From contig MU271495.1 of NCBI GenBank assembly GCA_021432655.1, positions 1 through 52,975 on the forward strand: a DNA stretch of 52,975 bases. The letters are read 5' to 3'. This document shows, piece by piece, positions 38,414 to 50,016 of the stretch (positions within the stretch are counted from its first letter, which is position 1; the number at the start of each line of letters is the position of its first letter). The notes below the pieces were generated by a model, which saw nothing but the letters and a program-made list of their open reading frames with translations, did no database searches and was not told the origin of the DNA. The position numbers and the translations under genes are program-made. Source of the stretch: Atractiella rhizophila (taxonomy: Eukaryota).

Positions 38414-39072
38414 GTTGTCGTCGTTTTGTCGTGCAATCAAGTGTACAAACATTGAATTATTACTCTCAAAGTGCTGTTCTACATTCTGCTGTGTTGCATG
38501 CGGCAAAACGAATCAAATTCGATACAGAGACAGAACAATGCTGCTACGGCACGACTCTGTCAACTCGAGAGGCCACACCCGACAGCTGACATGTGCTGGT
38601 TACAAGATTTCCCAAACCTAAGTGAGCTAGCGAACTTAGAGGGTTTGTTGAACTGGTACTTGTGCAAGAGAGTGGGAGCAAATTAGTCTTGTAAATGAAT
38701 ATCGAAGTTACTAACTACTTGTACGAGAGCACACTATATATTTAGTATACAAGATTTCCTATGAGACACCAAAACCTAAAAAGGGGAGACAAACTGATCT
38801 TGCACCTCAATCGATTTTGAAAGCCCCAAGACCAGCTTGTCCACAAGCAAACGGAGACTCGAGATCTTGAAAGAGAGTGAGTGGAATCGAAATGGAAGAA
38901 ATGAAGAAACGACACTAAGAATACACGGTAGATAGATCTGACCTTTTATAACGAGAGTGTAGGTAGAAAAGTAGGTAGAAAAGCCGAGCTAAAGAGCGTG
39001 TGGTCCACTGAACGAAATACTTGTACACGATAACGAATCGAATGTGCGAGGGTAGACGGTGAGGTAGGAAGC

Positions 39073-41525
39073 TTATCCACAGGCCATCGTCGTCCATACG
39101 CCTTCCTTCTCCCTCTCCCAGCGCTCCAATTCCTTTCTTATTCGCCTGATTCTCTCCTCATCGACCGGATGACTTCTCCCCCTCCAACTCTGCACATGCT
39201 CGCAACCACCTCCCTCTTCACGTATCTCCTTATTCTCCTTCGCGTGCGGTTCAATCAACATGAACCTCTTCGCCTCCCTCGGCAGTCCTAATCCCTCAGC
39301 CACATCCTCCCTCGCTCGCATCTCCCAAAATTCCACCGCATTCCACGGGTCATATCCGGCAGCTTTGAGGAGACGCAGGCTCGTTAGATCCGCTTCGATC
39401 TCGAGCATTTGTGATTTACAACTATCCCCCAATCCTTCAAATCCAGTATTGAATCCGTTGACGACCGCCACTTGAGCAGATCGTGAGATTGCATCGCTGA
39501 AGAAGGGACCAAGAATGGAGACGATAGGCCAGGTAGCCGATCGAATGATGTCGACGGCCATTCGACGGAGGTGGAAGAAGGTCTGCCCGTTGTTGGCGTA
39601 AGACTCGAGGGTGTGGGAGAGGAGGAGATGAGAGAGTTCGTGGGCGAGCAGGACGGCGAGTGCTGAGTCGGCTTGGAGTGGAGGGAGACTCGAGTAGGAT
39701 GGTGGAGGGGACGAAGGAAGGGAAGGTGGGGAATGGTAGAAGATGGGTCCGAAGATGGAGCGAAGGAAAGATTGCTTCGACTCCACTGGAGCGGCTTGAG
39801 AATAGGGTCCAAGAATCTGGTCGAGGAAACCTGTCAAATCACATCAGATCACGGACTTCTCTTGAGGTGGGAGCCTACCTGTGAAAACGACAATAACGCC
39901 CCCGGTCATTCCCTCTCCCTCCCACTCAGCCGGTCCAAACCCAAAACTAAACGCATTCCGTTCATTTCTCTCCACCACCAACACGTCATAAAGGGCTGCG
40001 GCCTTCTCTCCACCGAGCCTTGGTGTCAGAGGATACTTGAGCTTGGGCATGTCTAGCTCCTTCTCTCCGTCTGGCGTCAAAACTGGCACTCCATCCTCGA
40101 GTCTCTTCAACACGTGTCCAACCCACAACGTCCTCCAATCCCCCTCCTCCAACACTCTACCTCCCATCAATGTCCTCGCCCCCTGCACATCTTGATCCTC
40201 CCCGAGAACGCTCTTCAAAATCGGGACCCAATCACTCTTCCCATCCACATGTGAAGGCGCAAGCACGGAATGTACCAGCTCCCTCTCCTCCCCCTCACTC
40301 AAAAGGACCATCCTCACCCTTCCCGTGATTGGAGTCCTCTCCAAACTGCTAAGCAACACCGCTCCGCTCATTAGAACGGGAAGAAGCAGGAGCACAAGTC
40401 CGACCCATCGAGCGCCGGGCCATCGAGACCAACTCGAGGCGATGGCTGAAATGGGGAAGAGGGAGAGTGAGAAACGGGAGAGGGCGGTGATGGCTTGGAG
40501 GGAGTATGATGATTTGAGGATTGCGACAAGAGGGTGGAAGACATAGAAGAAACCGGCCTCTCGTAGTTGGAGGTGAACGGCTGCTTTACGGGGAAGGTTG
40601 AAGAGTTGGTAGAAAGGACACCAGCCGTTGAAGGGACAGTATATACCGTTTGTCTTGTTGAGACGACGGACAGATCGAAACTGCTTCGGGAACGGAAAGA
40701 TGCGAAGCCTGAAGCGTGGTAGTTTGGGAATGGACACGCCATTCAAGCGGGGGAGGATGGTCCAAACGGACGCTGGTTCCTTGATTGTCGTCTTGCCAAC
40801 GGAGAGTTCGCTGTTGAGAAGTCGAAGGAGGTTTGCTTGAGCTCCCTTCCCCTTTCCATTGAAGGTCCAATAGAAGGAAGAGCCCCAATACTGTCTGAAA
40901 CGTGTCCAGCCGCAAACTGCGTCACTACCGTCATCTCCATAGCCGTCACTCCCATCCATAGCGAGGACGCCCAACATCTTCCCATGACGATGTCGATAAC
41001 GCTTGCAAAGGTTTGCACGCGCATTGCCTTCATGGGATCGGTCTCCTTTCGCTGCTCCTCGATAGTGATCGACAGCAAGCGGTGAGTCCGCTCCTGCGGA
41101 CTTATGGTCGGTGTTGGATTTGGAATGAGAGGAGGATGCGGACGTTCCGGCGGAAGCCGCTGCTGATTGGGCTGAAGAAGAGGATAGGGTCACAAACCCC
41201 CTCGTTCGAAGTTTGGTCTGTATGGGAGGACTTCGAGGAGGAAGGACGCAGCAGGGTCCCTGTTGTTTACCAAGACCTCGTAGACTGAGATGGAGGTGTT
41301 TCCATTGATGGTACGCAAGCCAGTGACCGCCCCTTGTGAACTCAGAGGGATGACACGAGTAGAGATGGAGATAGCGATGCTGTGAGTCTCGCATCTTGCG
41401 AGAATAGGCCGTGTGAACCCATAAGTTGACAACTTTTCGCCCATCCTCAATCATTAACCACTTTTTTTGCGAATTGAAGGAGACGACGCACCTTGTCTTG
41501 TACACTGAAATGGACTAAGAAGCAT
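39073..41525 (-). CDS. Oma1-like peptidase M48 zinc metalloprotease, about 781 aa
   Basis: Exons 41525-41492, 41432-39879 and 39830-39073 are in frame. Motifs ERTPITGRVR, NAFSFG, VIVVFTGFL, LAVLLAHELSH (HExxH), EIEAD..LLKAAGYDP and SHP. Confidence 0.85.
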
Positions 41526-42073
41526 GATGAGAATCAGCCGAATGACGAGTACGAATCATATCCAGATTCGATTCGTCTCGCCTGTTCTCTGTTCTCCCTG
41601 TCTTGTCGACAGCTAATATCTATTGGATTTGGATTGGATACGTCGTTGCGGGGTAGTGAGTGGAGAGAGCGGTGGATTGAGGGGAGACGGATGGATGATG
41701 TTCTTGAGGGCTTGACGTGTGGGTCCCTCGTCGAGTGATGGTTGTTGTTTAGTCTACAGGAGGGGGACGGAGCTGAGCGGAGCGGACCGGACGGATCACC
41801 TAAAATTCAAGTCCTTTTAGGTAAGCCTGACTCGATTTCCTTGTGGTCTGTCGTGTCTCTTTGTGATTGGATCCTGCTGACAGGACACCATAACCATCTC
41901 CCTTTATATCTATGCTTCAGGGCGAAATGAAACCTAGCTCGACAGATGTGGGGGACTCGGAACTAGATTGCAGGAGAACAAAAATTACATTGGATCATGG
42001 ACAAGCAAATACTTGTTCTCCATACACTTCCACCAGGACTTTCAACTGGCCGTAATGGAGCGATCAATCAATT

Positions 42074-44140
42074 TCAGATCCAACATCGCCCTAGAGGATG
42101 CAGTTGCGCCGGATAAAACCGGATAAACAGGCTGAACTTCGCCCATCGGCCTGTCAAAATGAGGTTGTGGACCACAACTCTAGAAGCTGACACCTTGGTT
42201 GCATGCATGATTAACTGAAGGAGGTTGAGAAACCCTTCCAGGATGGAACTACTTATCCCGTAGCGAAGACAGTAGTACCATCCCGTGCTCAATGCTCTGA
42301 AACAATTAATTCGCTCTCTCCATCGGCCAATCTGGATCCTTAGGGAAAAGTAAGTTATTGGGCACCGAATAAGAACAAGGAGCATGCACCTGCTCACGAA
42401 AATGCTTTTTGGAGTCGTCCGATCTTTGCTTTTCCAGAGAGCAAATATTTAGACAATGCAATGACGCCGATCAAAGCACCTCGTCGTCCCTCCACGGTCG
42501 CAAGATCGTACTCCTCGCTTTGCAAAAAATAGACGAGGGAATCAGCCGGGAGAACGGCCTTTTCTAACGCGTTCTGGATGTGATTGGCGGGAAAAAATGC
42601 TACTGAGAAGTGCAGTCGAAGGTTGGTCATTCCCACCATAATCGCCTAGTGAGTCTTTGTTCAGTGACTTCCTCATCAGGAGGTATGAGAAAGCGACCTC
42701 ACCTCATATCCCCCATTCCGTACTCCTTTGCATTGCTCGTTATTTGAGCCAGCATGAGCCGTAACTCTGCAGCATAGGAGGCGGCGCTAGCGATATTTTG
42801 TGTTGCTATATATTGGGACTGTGATGGAATAGGAGGAGGAGTTGGAGTGCGCGAAGGGATAGGCGATGCTCGATCCTCGTACCGACGCGGATGTTTGCGT
42901 TTATCTCTGACGGATCCACGCACACCATTCCATTGCCTGAATGCCTCAGAGTAAGGTGACCTGAAGTTTAGAGGGTCGTGTGCCTAGAATTGGTTAGTCG
43001 TTGGTTTAGGCGTTGGGAAATAGCTCGCACCTGGAAGTAGAAGTTGCAAACCGGGATTTTGTTCTCGTTGGTTTCAGGTTTTGAGTCAGAGGGGAAAGGA
43101 CCAAAGACAACATCGTCGTATCGCAAAATCGAAAACCTTTCGCCGCCTAAAGGGAATGAATCTTCTACAGGGGCAGGAACATAACTAAGGGAATATCAGC
43201 CTCGCATCTAGACTGAGCGGAAAGTGCGAACTCGAATGTCAACTTGTTGGCTGATGATGAAGCTTTCGCTCGACGATCGAAAACCGGTGCAGTGAGGATG
43301 TGGAATATTCGTCGACCTCTATATTCAGCTGGTGGCCCATTGCGAATCGCAGCCTCGAGTGCGACGAAAAGATCTAGAAATGGGTTGTCCCTGTAGGTCC
43401 TCGATTTCAAAGTAAACTCCAATTCTTCCAATGGAATGGCTGTAATGTCGCGTAATGCCTCCCGATCAACTATATACATATCAGTTAGCATACAAGGGTT
43501 CCTTGATACACTCACCATCATCTAATTCAAGACAGTCTTGAGGGAATATGGAAGCCAGTGGCCGTCCCAGCAGAGGAACCACTCTGCAAGCCATGACATG
43601 GTCATCGTCCCATCCTGGTTCAGCATCGAAGAAAGAACTTTGATCCACACTCAGCAAGGTTTTTCCAGATAGCGTTGGGAGATTTTTGACATCGTGGATA
43701 AGGTAAGAGCAGTAGAATCTGTTGGACAGAAGGTCGGATTCCGTTACGGATTTTTGGGGGATGAATGTTTTGCTGTGTCGCAGGCGGTCAAAATGTGCAG
43801 CATGCAATTTTCGAATAGAGGCCGTCGAAGTGTCAAAAGTACCTGGTGAGTAGGAGACAACGCTTTGAAGTGATGGAAGAGGGTTGATGACCCGAGCGAT
43901 TTTGGGCCTTTTGCTCTCTGTATTCAAGGCTGGGGCTGGTCTTGAATATCTCACAATCAACCTCCTTCCTGTTCCAGCGTTGCGCTTCCTCCAAATGTTT
44001 TCAAAAGGTTGAACGGAGCCTACTTTCGCAATCATTCGTCCATTTCTGAGGTGGAGGCAATCCACAGATCTTTCCTGTTGCCTTCTCTCTTGTCCCTGGC
44101 CTTCTCCCTTCTTTGGCTGACTTCGTGACTGGGCTGCCAT
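42074..44140 (-). CDS. Hypothetical multi-exon protein (orphan)
   Basis: Chain of same-strand ORFs (43481-44140, 43165-43521, 42699-42923, 42394-42639, 42074-42397) separated by GT-AG intron-sized gaps. No family recognised; 3' end uncertain. Confidence 0.55.
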
Positions 44141-44895
44141 GTTGAGTGACTATTTTTATAGAAATCGCCCAGCTACTGAACCCGATGGGTCTGTTGTCAT
44201 TTTTCACCTGCATTCGGCGATGTTCTCCTCGGTGAAGGCGCTCTGCTTTGCCCTTGAAACCCACAAATAAAAGCGAAAAATTTTTAAGTATCAGTTGAAG
44301 CAGGATATGCCGTACCAACTAGTTAATAGATCAACTTTTCCCTGCACTGTGGAGTCTTATTTTGTGATCCTGCCTTGTTGTCCTAATTCAGTAGACATTG
44401 TTGATTTTGATCCCAACAATAGTACCGATTGACAATAATGATTTTGAAATCATTTCGTACTACCACTATTTGAAAGCTCGTCCCGCTGGCCCGACTGCCA
44501 CAGACAGATCTTAGACCGTCCGCAAATGATAGGTAGCAGAGGTTAATTACAGTGAAGCATGCAGACGAGAGCTAAATATTCTATCTCTTAGATTTGCCAA
44601 GTCATCGCCATGAACAGGCATACGCGGTGAATCAGACTTTCAATGGGATCAACGAATGATAAACAACAAGAGGTTTATTTGGTGCAGATTCGGGAACTAT
44701 TTCTCAGACGAGAACCAGTGAGCAGCTCACGAACTTGAAAATCCGCGTGCTTCCTGTTCAATCTCAAGCTAACACTCAAGCAATAATTATCTTTATTATT
44801 TTCATTTGACACAACGACGAGTCACCATTGCAACTTGAAAGCTTGAAAGCAGTGTATTCTGCCCAAGAAATTGTTGCGACTCCACTACTCACAAC

Positions 44896-45450
44896 TCAGA
44901 TCGGTCCCCCTTCGCTGTAACTCCTTCCTCTGCGCACAATGTCACTGTCTTCAACCCAACAAATCCAACAGCCTAGCTTGGTATAACATGTCATCCTCAG
45001 TTGTACCTTAGTATAGTGATTATCAAGCATCCATGAGTTGATCATGTGATCGCGTCTGGTCAGAACATGGGAAAACAATCCACCAAAATTCGCATAATAT
45101 GTCGAACTCGTCGAGATCTCAGTTGACACCTCGGAAACAGAAACAGAGCCAACTTTCTCCCTTAGTTCCCACACGTCTATTCGACTCGAATCCTCAAGCC
45201 ACTGCCGTCCTTCCTCAAATTGACATAATCGGAAAGCTCGACGATACCCTCTCAAGACAACAGTTGGCAACAGACGACGGGTGGCCCAATAATCGACATA
45301 TCGATATACGGTATCCAAATCGATCTCATCATACCCAACCTCCCCACCCCCTGGTGTTTGCAATAGGACCAATGCCGCTTTATATTTCCAAACAAGCCCA
45401 AAATAGGGGCTATCCCTCTTCTCTCCAGTGTCTGTGTCTCGGCTACGAAG
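44896..45450 (-). CDS. Possible hypothetical protein exon or gene remnant
   Basis: Open frame of about 180 codons with protein-like composition (GYDEIDLDTVYRYVDYWATRR). No convincing start exon was found. Confidence 0.25.
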   Translation of the reverse strand, partial: LRSRDTDTGEKRDSPYFGLVWKYKAALVLLQTPGGGEVGYDEIDLDTVYRYVDYWATRRLLPTVVLRGYRRAFRLCQFEEGRQWLEDSSRIDVWELREKVGSVSVSEVSTEISTSSTYYANFGGLFSHVLTRRDHMINSWMLDNHYTKVQLRMTCYTKLGCWICWVEDSDIVRRGRSYSEGGPI

Positions 45451-45977
45451 AGGGCATCAACAGCGGTTTCCGCATTCATTCAATCTAAAGGTTCGTTGAG
45501 GTGTATATACTTCGTCAGCTTTGTGCAAGCCGCAGCAGCAGAATAAAACCAAAAACAAAAGCAGGTTTAGATCTGTTCAGGGAATAGAATCTGGCTCGGA
45601 CGACTGTGAAGGTTGAAAGTCATTCTCCATCTCGTCCCTCAACAATCAATGAACGGTCCTATTAGCCAAACTGTTATCATGATGTTGTGCGAGTCGAGCA
45701 TGAAGTTCCGTAAATATAATTCCTTTGACTGTCCAAATGTTCACAATTGCAAAAGTACTAAGCAAAGGACAGACGAACTGCAATGCAAACATTCACAATA
45801 CGAAACGAGAAAATCCAGAACGGCAGAAGCGAAAAGAGTCCACGGTCCGTGTCACCGACTCATGCACTACATGCTTTAGATCGCTATTGTTCAAACGAGT
45901 TGGCCATGATTCGATGAAATGAAACTAAAATAAAATTGAAACAGTACGAGAAGACACGAAAAGAAGGATAAGATCCT

Positions 45978-47956
45978 CTACATCACGAAGAAGAGCGATA
46001 CGACACCTCCTAGAAGCATGAGAGGAGCTGAAAAGGACCAAGTTGACGCTCCCGAACTTCCTCCAGCAGCTTCAGATGGAGTGGTGGGTGTTGGTGTTGA
46101 CGATGGAGATGTAGGAGTAGAATCCGTGACGTTAGGAGCCACTGTCGGAAGAATACTCGATGTCGTGGAAGTAGAAGAGACGGTGGATGTAGAGCTGGTG
46201 ACGGCAGTCAGTGAAACAGATCCTCCAGGGTTTCCTCTAGCAAGGAAGGCGTCGATCATTGTAGTGTTCTGATGATTCGTTGCTCCACAGTCTCCCACAT
46301 TGGTGAAGTAGAAGTAGTGATCTTTGGCAAACACAAGTCAAAATAACACTTGAAGTAACGAGGAAAAAGCTTACCTTCGAGCGAGGTGCTGGTGCCTTGG
46401 TCACGAGGCATGCAAGCGGCGTATCCTAGTCCATCTTCGAGCCAACAGATCTCCCAGTTCATTCCAGTTGACGTAGAATTGTAACCGTAATCTGTGATCA
46501 ATATATCAGTTCAACTCAAACTGTATTAGGCAAAGCAACGCACAGTAGAAGGGAGTTCCAGCATGAGTCTAAATCCCAATCAAGTCAGTCTCCGTTCCTG
46601 TGTGTTGTTGACAAGCGTACATAGTTCTCAGATTCAGGAATGCTGCCGTCCGAATATCAGTCCCCTACTTCAAGAGGCTAATAAAGGCTTACATTTCCGT
46701 AATCAGGTCATTTCCAGCCACGGCACGCTCTCCTGCTTCTCCGTTGAACCTGTTCGCCTTCAGAATCACCCGGTCTGGATTTTAAAGCAAGGCATACCTA
46801 ACGTTGTAGAAAGTGGCACCGGCTTCATTGAACGTCCTAGGTTGCCCTTGTCTAATGATGCGATGTTAGTCTTGTCTGGAGATGTGAGAAGGCTGCACAT
46901 ACGAATGAGAATAGTATGCGATCTGTTGGACCTACACACCCGAACATTGTTGAATGACTGCGCTGAGGATGAACAGACGGAACGAACATTGAAATCCACA
47001 CTAGCGATCTGTGAATGCATTCCACCCAAACCATGTCCAGAAATGGCAAAGACGAGTCCTTCATACACGTGAGATGGAAGAGACAATTGGCGGGAACACG
47101 GGCATACCTTGACCGACGTAAGCGTCTCTGATCGCTTGAAAATTGTTCGTTGCGTTCTTGCACTCCATATAACCTTGTGCAGCGAACGCATTGACGAGAC
47201 ATCCGGGACATTCCTCGCCAAGTCCGATAGCCTCCCATCCAACTGAATCAGTCGGGAGGTTTTGCTCCAGCTCGAGGTTTCCGCTGAAGATAATGAGCGC
47301 TTTGTTCATCTCTGCAAATCAGACGTCAGAGTCGCCAAGACGTCAGTCCGCATTCTTCTTGGCAACAGCAGAGATGCTCACCAGGGACAATCGCTGTGAA
47401 TCCTTTGCACCCTGAAGGAGTAGGACCTAAGAAGGGCTTCTCAACTTTCCTGTTGTACACAGTACTGAAGAAAACCCACCGAACGTCGAAACGACCTCCC
47501 ACGGCGCACGAGTGCTGTCGGGAAAGTTTTTCAACATAGCCTTCCATTCAAAGGAACATCAGAAAGCGTTCATGCGGATTATTTGACACCAGATCTTACC
47601 TCTTCAGTGAACGTCTCGTTCGGACACTTGGTATTATAGTTCCCGTACGAAGCCATGCCAAGAAGCGCAAAATATCTATGGGCGTACGCTCAGCTTGGGT
47701 ATTCATTCAGAAGAGAAAATTGGATGCACCTGTTATGCCAGTATCTTCAAGGCGGGAAAAGTTCAGCCAAGTGAGCTGTGTGCAAGGGGAAGGAAGAAAT
47801 GAATGTACCCATCTAAGGAAACTCGGCTTCAGCCACCCTATCGCAATCACATCAAGGAGACAACGCACCTGGTGTCAAATTATGTGTCTGGTACCACTGA
47901 GAATTAGCAGTAGGCAGGAGGAAACTAATAAGAGGCAGAAGGGAGTATCGCATCAT
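45978..47956 (-). CDS. GPI-anchored class-3 lipase-like protein lacking the catalytic serine
   Basis: Signal peptide MMRYSLLPLISFLLPTANS; lipase_3-like segments YFALLGMASY, ALIIFSGN, CPGCLVNAF, FAISGHGLGG, PRTFN, NDLI and DHYFYF; Ser/Thr stalk; C-terminal GPI signal GGSSGASTWSFSAPLMLLGGVVSLFFVM*. Confidence 0.8.
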
Positions 47957-48430
47957 CGTAAAGGTCGTGATATACTGCAGGTCGTACGCCGTCGATAAGG
48001 AGGTGATTCGCAGGTATTAGTGACGAGAGGAGCGGACTTGGTCGAGGGATATGAGGGAATAAGAGGGAAGGGAGCAAAACAGATTTTCAGAGAGATGTTC
48101 TTTTATCGCAGGACACGCAAGGAACCAAGACGCTCGGATCAATGACGTCCTTTTATCACCCGACGCCAAGCCAAGATAAGGAATTGCGGCGGAAAAGTGT
48201 AACCCGGATCCGGTAAAAACGAAAAAAAAATGTTTCTCTTGCTATTTCTGGCTATTTCTTTTTTCAGATTTCTGGCCACGACTCATAGATATCTCTGTTC
48301 CGATCTGCTTTCTCTTTTCTCACTTTTCACTTTTCTTATCCTTGATGGTTGTTGCTTCTTTTGAGTCACGTGCCACTTATGACATCAGATTTTCCAACAC
48401 AATCCCATTATATCAATTGACGTCTTTATT

Positions 48431-48456
48431 CTATAGTATGCTACTATAGTATGCTA
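48431..48456. repeat. 13-bp direct tandem duplication (CTATAGTATGCTA x2)
   Basis: Two exact adjacent copies, 48431-48443 and 48444-48456. Confidence 0.85.
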
Positions 48457-48615
48457 TTAGGTTTGAATATCTCTTGGATCAGGCCTGGATTGATTTCAGG
48501 GCGTATCCAGGCATATCCAAAGAATATTCAATAGCAGTGGATTGCCTGAAGATTATAAGGTTGTCCTTCGCATATTGAAGTCGCTCGAAAATTGGTGCTT
48601 TCAGTCAGCATCATA

Positions 48616-48973
48616 CAGTCATTTGCAAAATTAGTGTCGTTTGTCGCTCGTCGTCAACTTCATGCCGGCCACTCTCCGGGTGGCAAATTTACGTCATTGT
48701 CCGTGAAGTCGCAGATCACGTGCATGTACCAAATGATTTCTTGGACATTCTGTTTCGAAAGAGAGCTTAATAGGTAGGAATGAGAACACACATCCTGGGG
48801 TACACATTAGAACATAGGAATTTGCCTGAAAGACATGTCAAAAGGTGGTTGTTGGACTGGTTGAGTGTTGACGCATGACCAAAAGCGCTAGCCTGCGTCG
48901 TTTTGCGACGCGGAAGGCGGCCGGCATGAAGTTGACGACGAGCGACAAACGACACTAATTTTGCAAACGACTG
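48616..48973. mobile_element. 358-bp MITE, Tc1/mariner(pogo)-type non-autonomous element
   Basis: 55-bp terminal inverted repeats (48616-48670 and 48919-48973, one mismatch) beginning CAGTC; TA on both sides (48614-15, 48974-75); no transposase inside. Confidence 0.88.
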
Positions 48974-49966
48974 TAGCGTGAGGTTGTAGTACGAGGCAGG
49001 ATCCATGATGCATGGACTATGCATCATGTGTGATGTATGTCATGTGTGAAGATGACGACTCAGCAAACGAAACATGTTACGGCGGAGCATTTCCGCGAGA
49101 TAATATCAATGGAACTTACTGTCCGGGTGTGTGGTGACTCTCTTTTTCATTCCTCATCATTACTCGTCTTTCATTATCCGATGGAAAGAGGGACGGTCTT
49201 CATGAGGTGCCTCGAGCTCACTCATGTTCAACATTACTGGCTCATTATTCGTCATTACTAATTTATTTCTGAAGAAAGGGGAGCGAAGCTTTCACTTTAA
49301 AGACCAGCCAAGCTCCACGGTTGTTTGCCCCTAATTGCGCGGATTCTTCCCAACGGAGGGACGGGTTTAAGACCGTAGCCCAGCCGATCACCCAATCCTT
49401 CTGCGGGTTGGATTGAGCGGAGGCGAGACAAGGAAACTGCTGATATAACTGTGATGATCTCTAAATGAACAATTTAATCCTGCCCATGGACAGTTCATTC
49501 CCTCGAAAGTGAAACGTTAATTGTACAGCGTCGACTGCGATGGATGCATGTTCCCTGTTTTACTCGGCTCAGCCGAGCAGTCGACGGGATGTTTAAGAGA
49601 AATCAGCATCGCGTTTTGCGGTGAAGCTTAAGCATTCCTGAATGCTGAATTTGTCATGATGCTGTTGAACTGAACGGACAAGCTCCACCGGACTAGATCC
49701 AGGTGGGGTATTATTCCATCACCAAAAAGTGGTACACTTCGTAATGCCGTCTGTCTAGGCCCTCATTGAATCAGAGTCGTACCGGCAGTTCCAGCATGAT
49801 CAACAACCGTGGTTCTACGCACTTCGTCCCTCAAAACGGGGTTTGGCGGGGTCGCGGAGACAGCGTTCTACACCAAGTGGCAGTTTGTTCTGTCGCGGTA
49901 CGCTCGTGGTTAACGCATCGTCACCTGTTCCTTTGCATGATGTGGCGCCAGGCTCTTCACTCATTC

Positions 49967-49980
49967 TGTGTATAAAAAGG
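49967..49980 (+). promoter_or_regulatory. TATA box of O-methyltransferase copy 1
   Basis: TGTGTATAAAAAGG about 45 bp upstream of the ATG; conserved as TGTGTATAAAAGG ahead of copy 2 (near 52778). Confidence 0.55.
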
Positions 49981-50016
49981 CATGGCTTGAATGCTTCGTT
50001 TTAACTCACTAGAAAG

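Noticed and set aside
49350..49425. tRNA/SINE-like hairpins (GGGTTTAAGACC resembling a T-loop)
   Set aside because: No cloverleaf, acceptor stem or A box could be built.
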